Source: Candidatus Sericytochromatia bacterium (lineage in GTDB: Bacteria > Cyanobacteriota > Sericytochromatia > S15B-MN24 > UBA4093). From it: 13,441 nt of DNA. The notes beneath the pieces are model-generated. The model was not told the DNA's origin. It searched no databases and saw only the letters and a program-made list of their open reading frames with translations. This document shows positions 1-7,226 of this stretch, in pieces. Position numbers and translations under genes: made by a program. The stretch covers positions 1-13,441 of the forward strand of contig JAKFCT010000096.1 of the NCBI GenBank assembly GCA_036676495.1, written 5' to 3'. Numbering within the stretch: the stretch's first letter is position 1; every line of letters starts with the position of its first letter.

Positions 1-940
1 AGAGCTCGGGGTTCTGGCGCAGGTATTCCTTGGCTCCCTCGCGGCCCTGGCCGATCTTGTCGGAGCCGTAGGAGAACCAGGAGCCGGACTTGTTGACGAT
101 GCCGTGCTCGACGGCCATGTCGAGGACGCAGCCCTGGCGGCTCACGCCTTCTCCGAAGATCAGGTCGAACTCGGCGACGCGGAACGGGGGCGAGACCTTG
201 TTCTTGACGACCTTGGCCTTGACGCGGTTGCCGATTTCCAGGCCGTCCTTCTTGAGGGTCTCGATGCGGCGGACCTCGATGCGGACGGAGGAGTAGAAGC
301 GCAGGGCGCGGCCGCCGGTGGTGACCTCGGGGTTGCCGAACATGACGCCGACTTTTTCGCGAAGCTGGTTGATGAAGATGACGATGGCGTTGGACTTGCC
401 GATGGTGGCGGTCAGCTTGCGCAGGGCCTGACTCATGAGGCGGGCTTGCAGGCCGACGTGGGTGTCGCCCATGTCGCCTTCGAGCTCGGCCTTGGGAACG
501 AGGGCGGCGACGGAGTCGACGACGATGATGTCGACGGCGGCGGAGCGCACCAGGGCGTCGGCGATCTCGAGGGCTTGTTCGCCGGTATCGGGCTGGGAGA
601 CGAGCAGGTTGTCGATGTCGACGCCCAGGCGGCGGGCGTACTGGGGATCCAGGGCGTGCTCGGCATCGATGAAGGCGGCGACGCCGCCGGCCTTCTGGAC
701 CTCTGCGACCACCTGCAGGCTGACGGTGGTTTTACCGCCGGACTCGGGGCCGTAGATCTCGACCACGCGGCCGCGCGGCAGGCCGCCGACGCCGAGGGCG
801 ATGTCCAGGGGCAGAATTCCGGTGGGCACGGATTCGACCTGCATGCGAGCGGAGTCGCCCAGCTTCATGATCGATCCCTTGCCGAACTGCTTCTCGATGC
901 CTGCGAGCGCGAGCTCGAGCGCTTTCATACGATCCGACAT
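1..940 (-). CDS. recA: Recombinase RecA (5' ~313 codons; 3' end outside window)
   Basis: Absent from the ORF track because it runs off the edge. Manual translation from ATG at 940: [28 protein letters not shown]...[21 protein letters not shown]...[10 protein letters not shown]...[12 protein letters not shown]...[20 protein letters not shown]...[14 protein letters not shown]...[36 protein letters not shown]...[13 protein letters not shown]-like AAGAGG upstream. Confidence 0.99.
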   Translation of the reverse strand, partial: MSDRMKALELALAGIEKQFGKGSIMKLGDSARMQVESVPTGILPLDIALGVGGLPRGRVVEIYGPESGGKTTVSLQVVAEVQKAGGVAAFIDAEHALDPQYARRLGVDIDNLLVSQPDTGEQALEIADALVRSAAVDIIVVDSVAALVPKAELEGDMGDTHVGLQARLMSQALRKLTATIGKSNAIVIFINQLREKVGVMFGNPEVTTGGRALRFYSSVRIEVRRIETLKKDGLEIGNRVKAKVVKNKVSPPFRVAEFDLIFGEGVSRQGCVLDMAVEHGIVNKSGSWFSYGSDKIGQGREGAKEYLRQNPEL

Positions 941-965
941 CCAATACCTCTTCTCACGGGAACGC

Positions 966-1050
966 CCGTGGCTGATTAAGAAAACCGTGGCTGATTAAGA
1001 AACCGTGGCGGGTGGGGGCGCCTGCGGCTGATGGGGGCGCCTGCGGCTGA
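966..1050. repeat. Composite ~19-bp tandem repeat array in the recA leader
   Basis: CCGTGGCTGATTAAGAAA(A) at 966-984 and 985-1002, partial CCGTGGC at 1003-1009, then TGGGGGCGCCTGCGGCTGA exactly twice (1013-1031, 1032-1050). Both unit types share GGCTGA. Confidence 0.9.
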
Positions 1051-1072
1051 CGGGGAGGATAAACCGAAGCTC

Positions 1073-1082
1073 CAGTATACCA
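1073..1082 (-). promoter_or_regulatory. Extended -10 element (TGgTATACT) for recA
   Basis: Minus strand reads TGGTATACTG about 135 nt upstream of the recA ATG; no clear -35. The same GGTATACTG 9-mer lies upstream of two other genes in the window. Confidence 0.55.
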
Positions 1083-1311
1083 GGGACGGGGCTGGAAGGC
1101 GGTGTCGCCCGTGCTTGAGGCGGGAGAAGGGGTGGGCATGCGGGCCCCGCGGGACCCGTCAAAACCCCCGAGGAACTTGGGTCAGATCGACCATACGGAG
1201 GCATGCGAGCGACCCGCTAGGATGGGCATGTTACATTTCTTAACGGTTGCTCGCAATCAGGGGTTTCGGAGAACGGAGCGCCGGTGATTCGGGCGAGAGG
1301 AGGGCCGGACG

Positions 1312-1491
1312 ATGATTGAAGCGGAAGTGCATCGCAACGACGAAATCCTCATGCAGCGGACCTACTACGAACCGTCCCTTTCCCTGGAGATGGTTTTGAA
1401 GCAGCTCGAGATGTACATCGTCGCCGAGCAGCTCAACAATTCCGGGGAATGCCTCCTCCGGGTCCGTTTCGGCAACCTGTCCAAGCAATAA
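1312..1491 (+). CDS. Small hypothetical protein, 59 aa (MIEAEVHRNDEILMQRTYYEPSLSLEMVLKQLEMYIVAEQLNNSGECLLRVRFGNLSKQ)
   Basis: Just below the apparent 60-aa ORF-track cutoff. Strong SD GAGAGGAGG ~8 nt before ATG 1312, mostly G/C third positions, protein-like composition, fills the recA-thiL gap, followed by a hairpin. Confidence 0.75.
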   Translation: MIEAEVHRNDEILMQRTYYEPSLSLEMVLKQLEMYIVAEQLNNSGECLLRVRFGNLSKQ

Positions 1492-1511
1492 GTCGTGTCC
1501 GAGGGTCCTGA

Positions 1512-1539
1512 GCCGGCTCGCTGCGCCATGCGGGCCGGC
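1512..1539. terminator. Stem-loop between the convergent small ORF and thiL
   Basis: GCCGGCTCGC-N8-GCGGGCCGGC, 10-bp stem with one G.U on the + transcript; no U-tract. Confidence 0.4.
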
Positions 1540-1547
1540 CTCCACGG

Positions 1548-2603
1548 CTAGGGGGCCGGCTTCCCCCCGAAGTGCTGGAAGGCATTTTGAGATCTCAAGG
1601 GCTCGGCGTGACCGTTCCGCTCCAGGACGGCGATCGCGGGCCCTTTGCCCATGCGGCCGACCACCCAGACCTTCCCGCCGACGGCTTCCACCGCGCGGGT
1701 CACGGCCAAGAGTCCCTCCGGCTCTACGCTGAAGACCAGGTTGTAGTCCTCGCCCCCCCAGAGCCCCCAGTCGAGCGGATCGACCTTCGCATGGGCCGCG
1801 AGCCTCCTCAGGGGCTGGGAAAGCGGCAGGCGATCCGCTTCCAAGCTCACGGTCACCTGGTTCGCCTGCGCCAGGATCAGTGCGGAGCGCCCCAGGCCAT
1901 CCGAGTTGTCGAGCACGGCGACGCGGAAGCCCGACTGGGCCAGGGCCCGGCCTTCCGCCACGTGCGGGCGCGGCTGACGGTGCGCCCGCGTGAGGGCGTC
2001 CCTTTCGGCGTCGCTGAGCGGGACGTTGCCCGCAGCTTCGCCGAGCGGGGCGTCGCCCGCGTGTTCGAGCAGCCAGAGACCGGCCGCCGACTCCCCGACG
2101 GGACCCGTGACGCAGACCCAATCGCCGGCCTGTGCGCCCGAACGCAGCAAGGGGCGCTCGGCTTCTCCCACCACGGTGACGGAAACCATCAGGGGGCCCG
2201 GTGAGCCGGTGGTATCCCCTCCGACGATGGCGAGCCCGACGCTGCGCGAGCCTTCCGCCACTCCCCGGTAGAGCTCCTCGACCCACGCGGCGGGGCAGTC
2301 CTTGGGAAGGGCCACGCTGACGGTGGCCCAGCGGGGCAGGGCTCCCATGGAGGCGACGTCCGAGACGTTGACGGCGATGGCTTTCCAACCGAGCTCGCGG
2401 GCCGAGGTGGTCCGGCGCCGGAAGTGGATGTCCTCGACCAGGATATCCGTGGTGGTGACGGCCTGCATGCCGGGCGTCAGGGTGGTGACCGCCGCGTCGT
2501 CCCCGATCCCGACCCAGCCCTCGGGCATCGGGACGTCGGCAAGCGTTTCCGAGATGAGGGCGATCGCCCGATCCTCGCCAAGCTGTGCGAGCGTGGGTTC
2601 CAT
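1548..2603 (-). CDS. thiL: Thiamine-monophosphate kinase
   Basis: GEDRAI, GIGDDAA, TTDILVEDIHF, GWKAIAVNVSDVASMGA, GGDTT, DNSDGL, GGEDYNLVF motifs; 351 aa. Confidence 0.97.
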   Translation of the reverse strand: MEPTLAQLGEDRAIALISETLADVPMPEGWVGIGDDAAVTTLTPGMQAVTTTDILVEDIHFRRRTTSARELGWKAIAVNVSDVASMGALPRWATVSVALPKDCPAAWVEELYRGVAEGSRSVGLAIVGGDTTGSPGPLMVSVTVVGEAERPLLRSGAQAGDWVCVTGPVGESAAGLWLLEHAGDAPLGEAAGNVPLSDAERDALTRAHRQPRPHVAEGRALAQSGFRVAVLDNSDGLGRSALILAQANQVTVSLEADRLPLSQPLRRLAAHAKVDPLDWGLWGGEDYNLVFSVEPEGLLAVTRAVEAVGGKVWVVGRMGKGPAIAVLERNGHAEPLRSQNAFQHFGGKPAP

Positions 2604-2753
2604 GACGCGCTTCCTTCTAGAGTCGGTTCCGTCGTTGCGAGCCCCCCTAATCTACTGCCTCCCCTCCCCCCGGACAAGGCCCCGCTCCTTCTTTCTCAGG
2701 TTTGGACGACGGTTTTCGGCGCGTGCAGGCTTGCTCGGAAGGGGATCTCCAGG

Positions 2754-2783
2754 ATTAAATAAATCTTAACCTCGGCATAAGTC
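2754..2783 (+). promoter_or_regulatory. Three 8-bp direct repeats at 11-bp period (Pho-box/OmpR-family-like site)
   Basis: ATTAAATA-aat-CTTAACCT-cgg-CATAAGTC; the middle unit equals the cyanobacterial Pho-box unit CTTAACCT; AT-rich patch in GC-rich DNA, ~60 nt upstream of 2841. Confidence 0.4.
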
Positions 2784-2840
2784 AGCCCCGGGGTCTGGGC
2801 CCGGATAAGTCTCGTTAAGAGGCTGTACCGGAGGAGTTCC

Positions 2841-3347
2841 ATGAGCTGGATCAACGAGCGGCAAGAAGCGAAGTTCAACCGGTTGCGGAACGATCCGCAC
2901 TACCGTCCGATCGTCGATGCCGTCCGCCAGGTTCAAAAGGATGGCGTCGCCCCCGCCACCGTCGTCCAGCAAGCCGTCCGCGCCACCCGCGACCAGTACG
3001 TCGCCTCCGGCCGCAAGATCGACCAAGAGGATATCCGTCGCGATGCCTTCCTGGCCGCCACCGCCGCCAGCATCGAAGCGCCTTACAGCCTTGATGGCCT
3101 CCCCGAGGGCAACGACAAGACCAAGCACTACTTCTGGAGCGGCGCCTTCGCCGCCAAGGTCGATCAGACCCTCGACGCCCTGCGGATCATCCCCCAGGGC
3201 CTCCGCGAATCCGTCGCGGTCGGCAGCACCCTCTTCGTGGGCTGGCTCAAGGAAGTCGCCGACATCTTCACCACGGGCTACAGCCGCGAGGATCTCGTCG
3301 CCGATCGCCTGGGCGCCAAGAGCCCCTTCGAGGTCGTGGTCTCATGA
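2841..3347 (+). CDS. YfiM/DUF2279(VanZ-like)-domain protein
   Basis: SD GGAGGAG. C-terminal DKTKHYF...GWLKEVAD...GYSREDLVADRLG matches the DKxxH / KExxD / SxxDLxxDxxG pattern recalled for YfiM-like proteins. Stop overlaps the next start (ATGA). Confidence 0.7.
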   Translation: MSWINERQEAKFNRLRNDPHYRPIVDAVRQVQKDGVAPATVVQQAVRATRDQYVASGRKIDQEDIRRDAFLAATAASIEAPYSLDGLPEGNDKTKHYFWSGAFAAKVDQTLDALRIIPQGLRESVAVGSTLFVGWLKEVADIFTTGYSREDLVADRLGAKSPFEVVVS

Positions 3348-4327
3348 TCCGCCGCACGCTCTTCACCTTCTTGACGGCTTCCTTGCTCGCAGGCTGCGGC
3401 ACGGGGCTTCCCGGCACCAGCCAGCCCTATGCCGCTCCCCAGTTCACCCTCGCTCCCGGCTGGGCCGCGAGCCCCGCAGCCACGCTGGATGCGCCCCGGG
3501 TGGCGAGCTTGGTCTCCCGTAAGGCGGGCGGCTTCGCGCTCGCCTACGATACCCAGAAGCTCGGCGGCAAGGATGTCTTCGTGACGCTCAGCTCGGACGG
3601 TCAGCGCTGGAGCGCCCCCGTGGTCGTCGGCAAGACCCGCCGCACCGAGGAATCCCCCGCCCTCTGGGAGGACGCTTCGGGCAAGCTTCACCTGATCTAC
3701 TCCGGCAACGTGTCGGGAGGCTTCCAGCTTTACGCCGCGTCCTCGATGGATGGGACGACCTGGGACGAGCCCGTGGTCATCACCAACGAAGACGAGCAGG
3801 CGAAAACCCCCGCCATCACCCGCACTCCCAAGGGCGTGGCCTTGGCCTACCAGACCATGGGCGGGTCCTGCGAGGTGATGACCAGTTCGGACGGGGAAGT
3901 CTGGGGCCTGGCGCGCCGGATCGACGTCTCGGGCGGGGACCCGGCGATTGCCCACGACGGCGAAGGCCTGCGCGTGGTCTACCACCGCAACGAAAAGCTT
4001 TACGAGCGCGTCGAGCGCCAGGGTGTCTGGTCGGATGCCGTCCAGGTGCCGGGTTCGGCGGCGATGCGGGAACCGGCGATCGCCCGGATCTCCGGCACGC
4101 TCACGCTCGCATACAGCACGCTCTCCTCGGACGGCACCTGGAAGCTCGTCGCCCGGGAAGCTGGCCCCTCGGGATGGGGGCAGGAACAGGACCTGGTTCA
4201 AGGGCCCGACGATCATGGATTCCCCAGCCTGGCCGAAGGCCCGAACGGTGGATCCTGGCTCGCTTGGGGTATAAGTAGGCTAACCGAGGAGCGGGGGATT
4301 TTCGTCGCCCGTTCGGGCGGCCGGTAG
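3344..4327 (+). CDS. Lipoprotein with Asp-box (BNR) repeats, sialidase-like beta-propeller
   Basis: Signal MIRRTLFTFLTASLLAG-C (lipobox LAGC); Asp-box-like SSDGQRW, SMDGTTW, SSDGEVW, SSDGTW; repeated 'PAI/PAL' blade starts. Confidence 0.85.
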   Translation: MIRRTLFTFLTASLLAGCGTGLPGTSQPYAAPQFTLAPGWAASPAATLDAPRVASLVSRKAGGFALAYDTQKLGGKDVFVTLSSDGQRWSAPVVVGKTRRTEESPALWEDASGKLHLIYSGNVSGGFQLYAASSMDGTTWDEPVVITNEDEQAKTPAITRTPKGVALAYQTMGGSCEVMTSSDGEVWGLARRIDVSGGDPAIAHDGEGLRVVYHRNEKLYERVERQGVWSDAVQVPGSAAMREPAIARISGTLTLAYSTLSSDGTWKLVAREAGPSGWGQEQDLVQGPDDHGFPSLAEGPNGGSWLAWGISRLTEERGIFVARSGGR

Positions 4328-4358
4328 CGGTCACCCATCCGCGGAAAGGGACGGAGAA

Positions 4359-5636
4359 ATGAGCGTTGTGGAAACGACCCTGATGACGAAGCGCCGCCTG
4401 GGCGAGGTCCTGGTTGACGGCGAGTTCATCTCGCCCTCGGACCTCGATCGGGCTCTCGATGAGCAGAAGCGCACCAACGAGCGCCTCGGCGAGGTTCTCA
4501 AGCGCCTTGGCGTCCTCTCCGACATGGAGCTCAAGGCCGTGCTCGCCAGCCAGGCCGACCTCACCGATGCCGACGACGTGGCCGGCGTCCGCCAGCGCCT
4601 CGGCGATCTCTTGCTCAAGAGCAAGCGCATCACCTCCCGCCAGCTCAACCGCGCCCTCGACGAGCAGAAGCGCACCAACGAGCGCCTCGGCGAGGTCCTG
4701 GTCCGCTTCAACCTGATCAGCCCCTACGAGCTCGAGGCCGTCCTCGCCCTCCAGGAGGACATGTCCAGCGGAGCGATGGCCGCCCGCTTCATGCTCGGCG
4801 AGATCCTGGTCGCCACCGGCACCATCTCCCGCAAGCAACTCGAACATGCCCTTGCCGACCAGCGGCTGACCAAGCGCCAGATCGGCGAGATCCTGGTCGA
4901 TGCCGGGATGGTCAAGCCCTCCTTGATCTCCGAGGCCCTGAAGATCCAGTCCAAGCTCGTGGCCGCCTCCCTGGTCGCCATGCTCGCGACCGGCGCCCTC
5001 AGCGGTTGCGGCCTCACGCCCATCACCGGATCGATCAACGACGGCCCCCGCCAGGGCATCGTCTCGCAGTACCGCGACGGCTCGGGCATCCTCGAGTACC
5101 GCACGACCCAGAACGCCACCAAGCGCTCGGCGACCACGGTCTACGCCAGCGGTGCGGTGGTCGTCAACGACGTGCCCTTCTTCGAGCAGGACGCGCAGGA
5201 CAACACCTGCGCCCAGGCGGCGATGTCGGTGGTGATGAACTACTGGGGCAAGCAGACCACCTACTCGAAGGTGGTCCACGAGTCCAACCGCTTCAACCTT
5301 CCCACCAGCCCCCAGACCGTGGAGACCTACCTGAAGCACAACGGCCTGAAGGTTCAGCCCTACCGCCAGGGCAAGATTTCCTTCCTGCGGAGCCTGGTCG
5401 ACCAGGGCCGCCCCCCGATGGTCCTCCTGCAGTTCGGCAACTCCGAGCACTGGGTCGTCGTGGTCGGCTACAACCAGTCCCAGAAGTCGATCATCATGCA
5501 CGACTCGATCGACGGCGCCTTCAGCGAGATGTCCGAGGCCGAGTTCGTCGGCAAGTGGCAGAACAAGATGATGACCGGCATCCCCGTGGTCGGAGGCGCC
5601 AACTACGAGGGCCTCATCATCGATATCCAGGGCTAG
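4359..5636 (+). CDS. Triple-MshEN (c-di-GMP-binding) + internal lipobox signal + C39-like cysteine peptidase
   Basis: Six 24-aa RLGxxLxxxGxIxxxxLxxALxxQ-type motifs in three pairs with 5-aa linkers (KRTNE, KRTNE, RLTKR). Then SKLVAASLVAMLATGALSG-C217, then VPFFEQ..NTC284AQAAMSVVMNYWG...H364WVVVVGY...HD382S. Confidence 0.85.
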   Translation: MSVVETTLMTKRRLGEVLVDGEFISPSDLDRALDEQKRTNERLGEVLKRLGVLSDMELKAVLASQADLTDADDVAGVRQRLGDLLLKSKRITSRQLNRALDEQKRTNERLGEVLVRFNLISPYELEAVLALQEDMSSGAMAARFMLGEILVATGTISRKQLEHALADQRLTKRQIGEILVDAGMVKPSLISEALKIQSKLVAASLVAMLATGALSGCGLTPITGSINDGPRQGIVSQYRDGSGILEYRTTQNATKRSATTVYASGAVVVNDVPFFEQDAQDNTCAQAAMSVVMNYWGKQTTYSKVVHESNRFNLPTSPQTVETYLKHNGLKVQPYRQGKISFLRSLVDQGRPPMVLLQFGNSEHWVVVVGYNQSQKSIIMHDSIDGAFSEMSEAEFVGKWQNKMMTGIPVVGGANYEGLIIDIQG

Positions 5637-5712
5637 CTCCCCTTTTCGATCCCAGGATAACGCTCGCTTCTTGAGGGCGTTTGGCGCCCGGATTAACCGC
5701 AAATGAACCCGC

Positions 5713-5745
5713 CGCGAGGCCCGGAGAGATTCTCCGGGCCTCGCG
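5713..5745. terminator. Perfect 15-bp hairpin after the peptidase operon
   Basis: CGCGAGGCCCGGAGA-gat-TCTCCGGGCCTCGCG; no U-tract. Confidence 0.6.
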
Positions 5746-5769
5746 ATCCGCCACGGCGGCCGAGGGGTG

Positions 5770-5797
5770 TTGACTTGAGGCGAAGCTACGCTATAAT
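5770..5797 (+). promoter_or_regulatory. Sigma70-type promoter of tRNA-Val
   Basis: TTGACT (5770-5775), 16-bp spacer, TATAAT (5792-5797), 22 nt before the tRNA. Confidence 0.85.
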
Positions 5798-5819
5798 GAG
5801 ACTCTCAAGCATTCAACTT

Positions 5820-5891
5820 GGGCGTATAACTCAGCGGTAGAGTACTACCTTCACACGGTAGGAGTCACTGGTTCGAATCCAGTTACGCCCA
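5820..5891 (+). tRNA. tRNA-Val (anticodon CAC), CCA not encoded
   Basis: Acceptor GGGCGTA/TACGCCC + discriminator A; D arm ACTC-AGCGGTA-GAGT; anticodon arm CTACC-TTCACAC-GGTAG; T arm ACTGG-TTCGAAT-CCAGT. Confidence 0.97.
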
Positions 5892-5896
5892 CTTAG

Positions 5897-5941
5897 AAGC
5901 GGATTTCAGGTCTTCGGACCCGGAATCCGCTTTTCGCTTTT
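5897..5941 (+). terminator. Rho-independent terminator after tRNA-Val
   Basis: AAGCGGATTTCAGGTC-TTCG-GACCCGGAATCCGCTT: ~15-bp stem, C(UUCG)G tetraloop, followed by TTCGCTTTT. Confidence 0.85.
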
Positions 5942-6293
5942 GAACTCCTTGGCCGCGAAAGCCAGTAAATCAAAGGGTTTCCGGTACTCCGGCTCGACTT
6001 TGCCATCTCAGACCTCACCCATGTCTGGGAACTCTACACCTAGGGAAAGCCATCCGATGCACGGTCCTGAACCTCAAACGGTTCTTCAAACTTGCGGGAA
6101 GACAGATGAGGCCAGCTTGGGGACAGAGCAAAAGAGCAAGGGGTATGGCCGGGTGAATGGCCCCACCCCGATACCAAATCCCCGAAAAACCTGAATCGGG
6201 TAAATGATGCTCTCCTGCTCAAAGGGCCACCAATCATTTACGAGCGTTACCATCAAGCCTACGCAGTACAATTTAGTGATCACCTCACTGAAA

Positions 6294-6656
6294 CTACCTG
6301 CCTTGGGCATTATTCTGAATTCCCCATAATAAGTAACCACTAATCAAAAAGAATAGAAAAGAAGCAGGAATTGAAAGAAGTGCGAACAAAATACTTAGAC
6401 CATGCCCAGAATAATACAGGACAATATTAATAACGATGTCAATTGATGCAAAAAATAGAGCTCGTTGCCATATGATAGAGGGGCTCGATGGCGCGATCAT
6501 CCATTCTTTAAAACGTGGCGACATAGCTTGCAGTAACAAACCGCTCGCCACGACTATAATTGCCATTACGACAAGCACCACAATCACAATAATAACGTGC
6601 ATATAAAAAGGTAAAGGACCTGACAGGTAGCTAATAGTATCTTGAAGCCATCGCAT
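6294..6656 (-). CDS. Small integral membrane protein (3 predicted TM helices), candidate immunity protein
   Basis: SD AGGAG 7 nt before ATG; hydrophobic segments FYMHVIIVIVVLVVMAIIVVASGLLL, ALFFASIDIVINIVLYY, LSILFALLSIPASFLFFLISGYLLWGI. The immunity role is inferred from context only. Confidence 0.7.
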   Translation of the reverse strand: MRWLQDTISYLSGPLPFYMHVIIVIVVLVVMAIIVVASGLLLQAMSPRFKEWMIAPSSPSIIWQRALFFASIDIVINIVLYYSGHGLSILFALLSIPASFLFFLISGYLLWGIQNNAQGR

Positions 6657-6696
6657 ACTAGTCTCCTACGAACTTACAAGTAACCAAGAACAAGCT

Positions 6697-7116
6697 TTAC
6701 ATACTATTTTTGTAGAACTTATCAACGCTCTCTTTTCCGTTAATTAGCACGTACACATTATTTACGCCCGCAACTCTAAGATTGTATGCGAGTACTTTTG
6801 CTGAATGGTCATCAGCACATCCACAAAATGGAATTACAACATCAGGATTTCGCATATTAATTTCGCTAAGAATAGTTTCTTGCTTGTATTTTATTGCGCC
6901 GCGAACAGTCTCGATATTCCCAGTCAAGTCAATTAGGAGTACGCGCTTTCCTTCGTTTTCCATAGAGCGCCAAGAGTCATAATCAGTCGTTATGACTTCA
7001 TTCATTTGGACTTCTGTCGGAAACTTGATTTGCGAAATCCCATCGGGCGGTCGATTTTTGCTGCAGGAAATCAGAATCGGAAGACTTAACAGCAAAATAA
7101 TTCGAATGATATTCAT
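6697..7116 (-). CDS. Rhodanese-like domain lipoprotein (139 aa from ATG 7116)
   Basis: MNIIRIILLLSLPILIS-C signal/lipobox; VLLIDL...VRGAI...VVIPFCGCADDHSAKVLAYNLRVAGVNNVYVLING matches the rhodanese pattern. The upstream track start (7209) lies inside a hairpin. Confidence 0.8.
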   Translation of the reverse strand: MNIIRIILLLSLPILISCSKNRPPDGISQIKFPTEVQMNEVITTDYDSWRSMENEGKRVLLIDLTGNIETVRGAIKYKQETILSEINMRNPDVVIPFCGCADDHSAKVLAYNLRVAGVNNVYVLINGKESVDKFYKNSM

Positions 7117-7153
7117 GGTGATATCGACTTTCTTAAGTCCAACTCCATACAAC

Positions 7154-7215
7154 ACAAAGTTGCGCGAGCCAGCATTCGTGAAAAACGCAATTCCCGCTGA
7201 CTCACACAACTTTGT
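7154..7215 (-). other. Long intergenic RNA stem-loop
   Basis: 20-bp arms 7154-7173 / 7196-7215; the three non-Watson-Crick positions are all G.U pairs on the minus-strand transcript; 22-nt loop with a small inner hairpin. Confidence 0.75.
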
Positions 7216-7226
7216 CGTTATTATTG

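Noticed and set aside
1-940. Intein or insertion in recA
   Set aside because: The translation is colinear with canonical RecA across the visible part.
104-979. 291-aa + strand ORF
   Set aside because: Antisense shadow of recA, typical of high-GC DNA.
966-1050. Mini-CRISPR interpretation of the repeat array
   Set aside because: Units are 19 bp, directly adjacent, without unique spacers; no cas genes.
2604-2760. TPP riboswitch upstream of thiL
   Set aside because: No CUGAGA / CUGAU..GUAAU core seen on the minus strand.
4101-5702. 533-aa minus-strand ORF (also 1240-2388, 3278-4216, 12269-13111 and other long overlapping ORFs)
   Set aside because: Antisense or alternate-frame shadows of well-supported genes, with no recognisable motifs.
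6200-6241. GTAAATGAT-N24-ATCATTTAC inverted repeat (and the 7154-7215 hairpin) as integron attC sites
   Set aside because: No proper RYYYAAC/GTTRRRY boxes or extrahelical-base pattern and no intI; more likely an operon-end hairpin.
5940-6340. ORFs 5940-6194 (+), 6040-6237 (-), 6086-6340 (-)
   Set aside because: No clear SD or motifs and mutually overlapping; likely non-coding element-end sequence.
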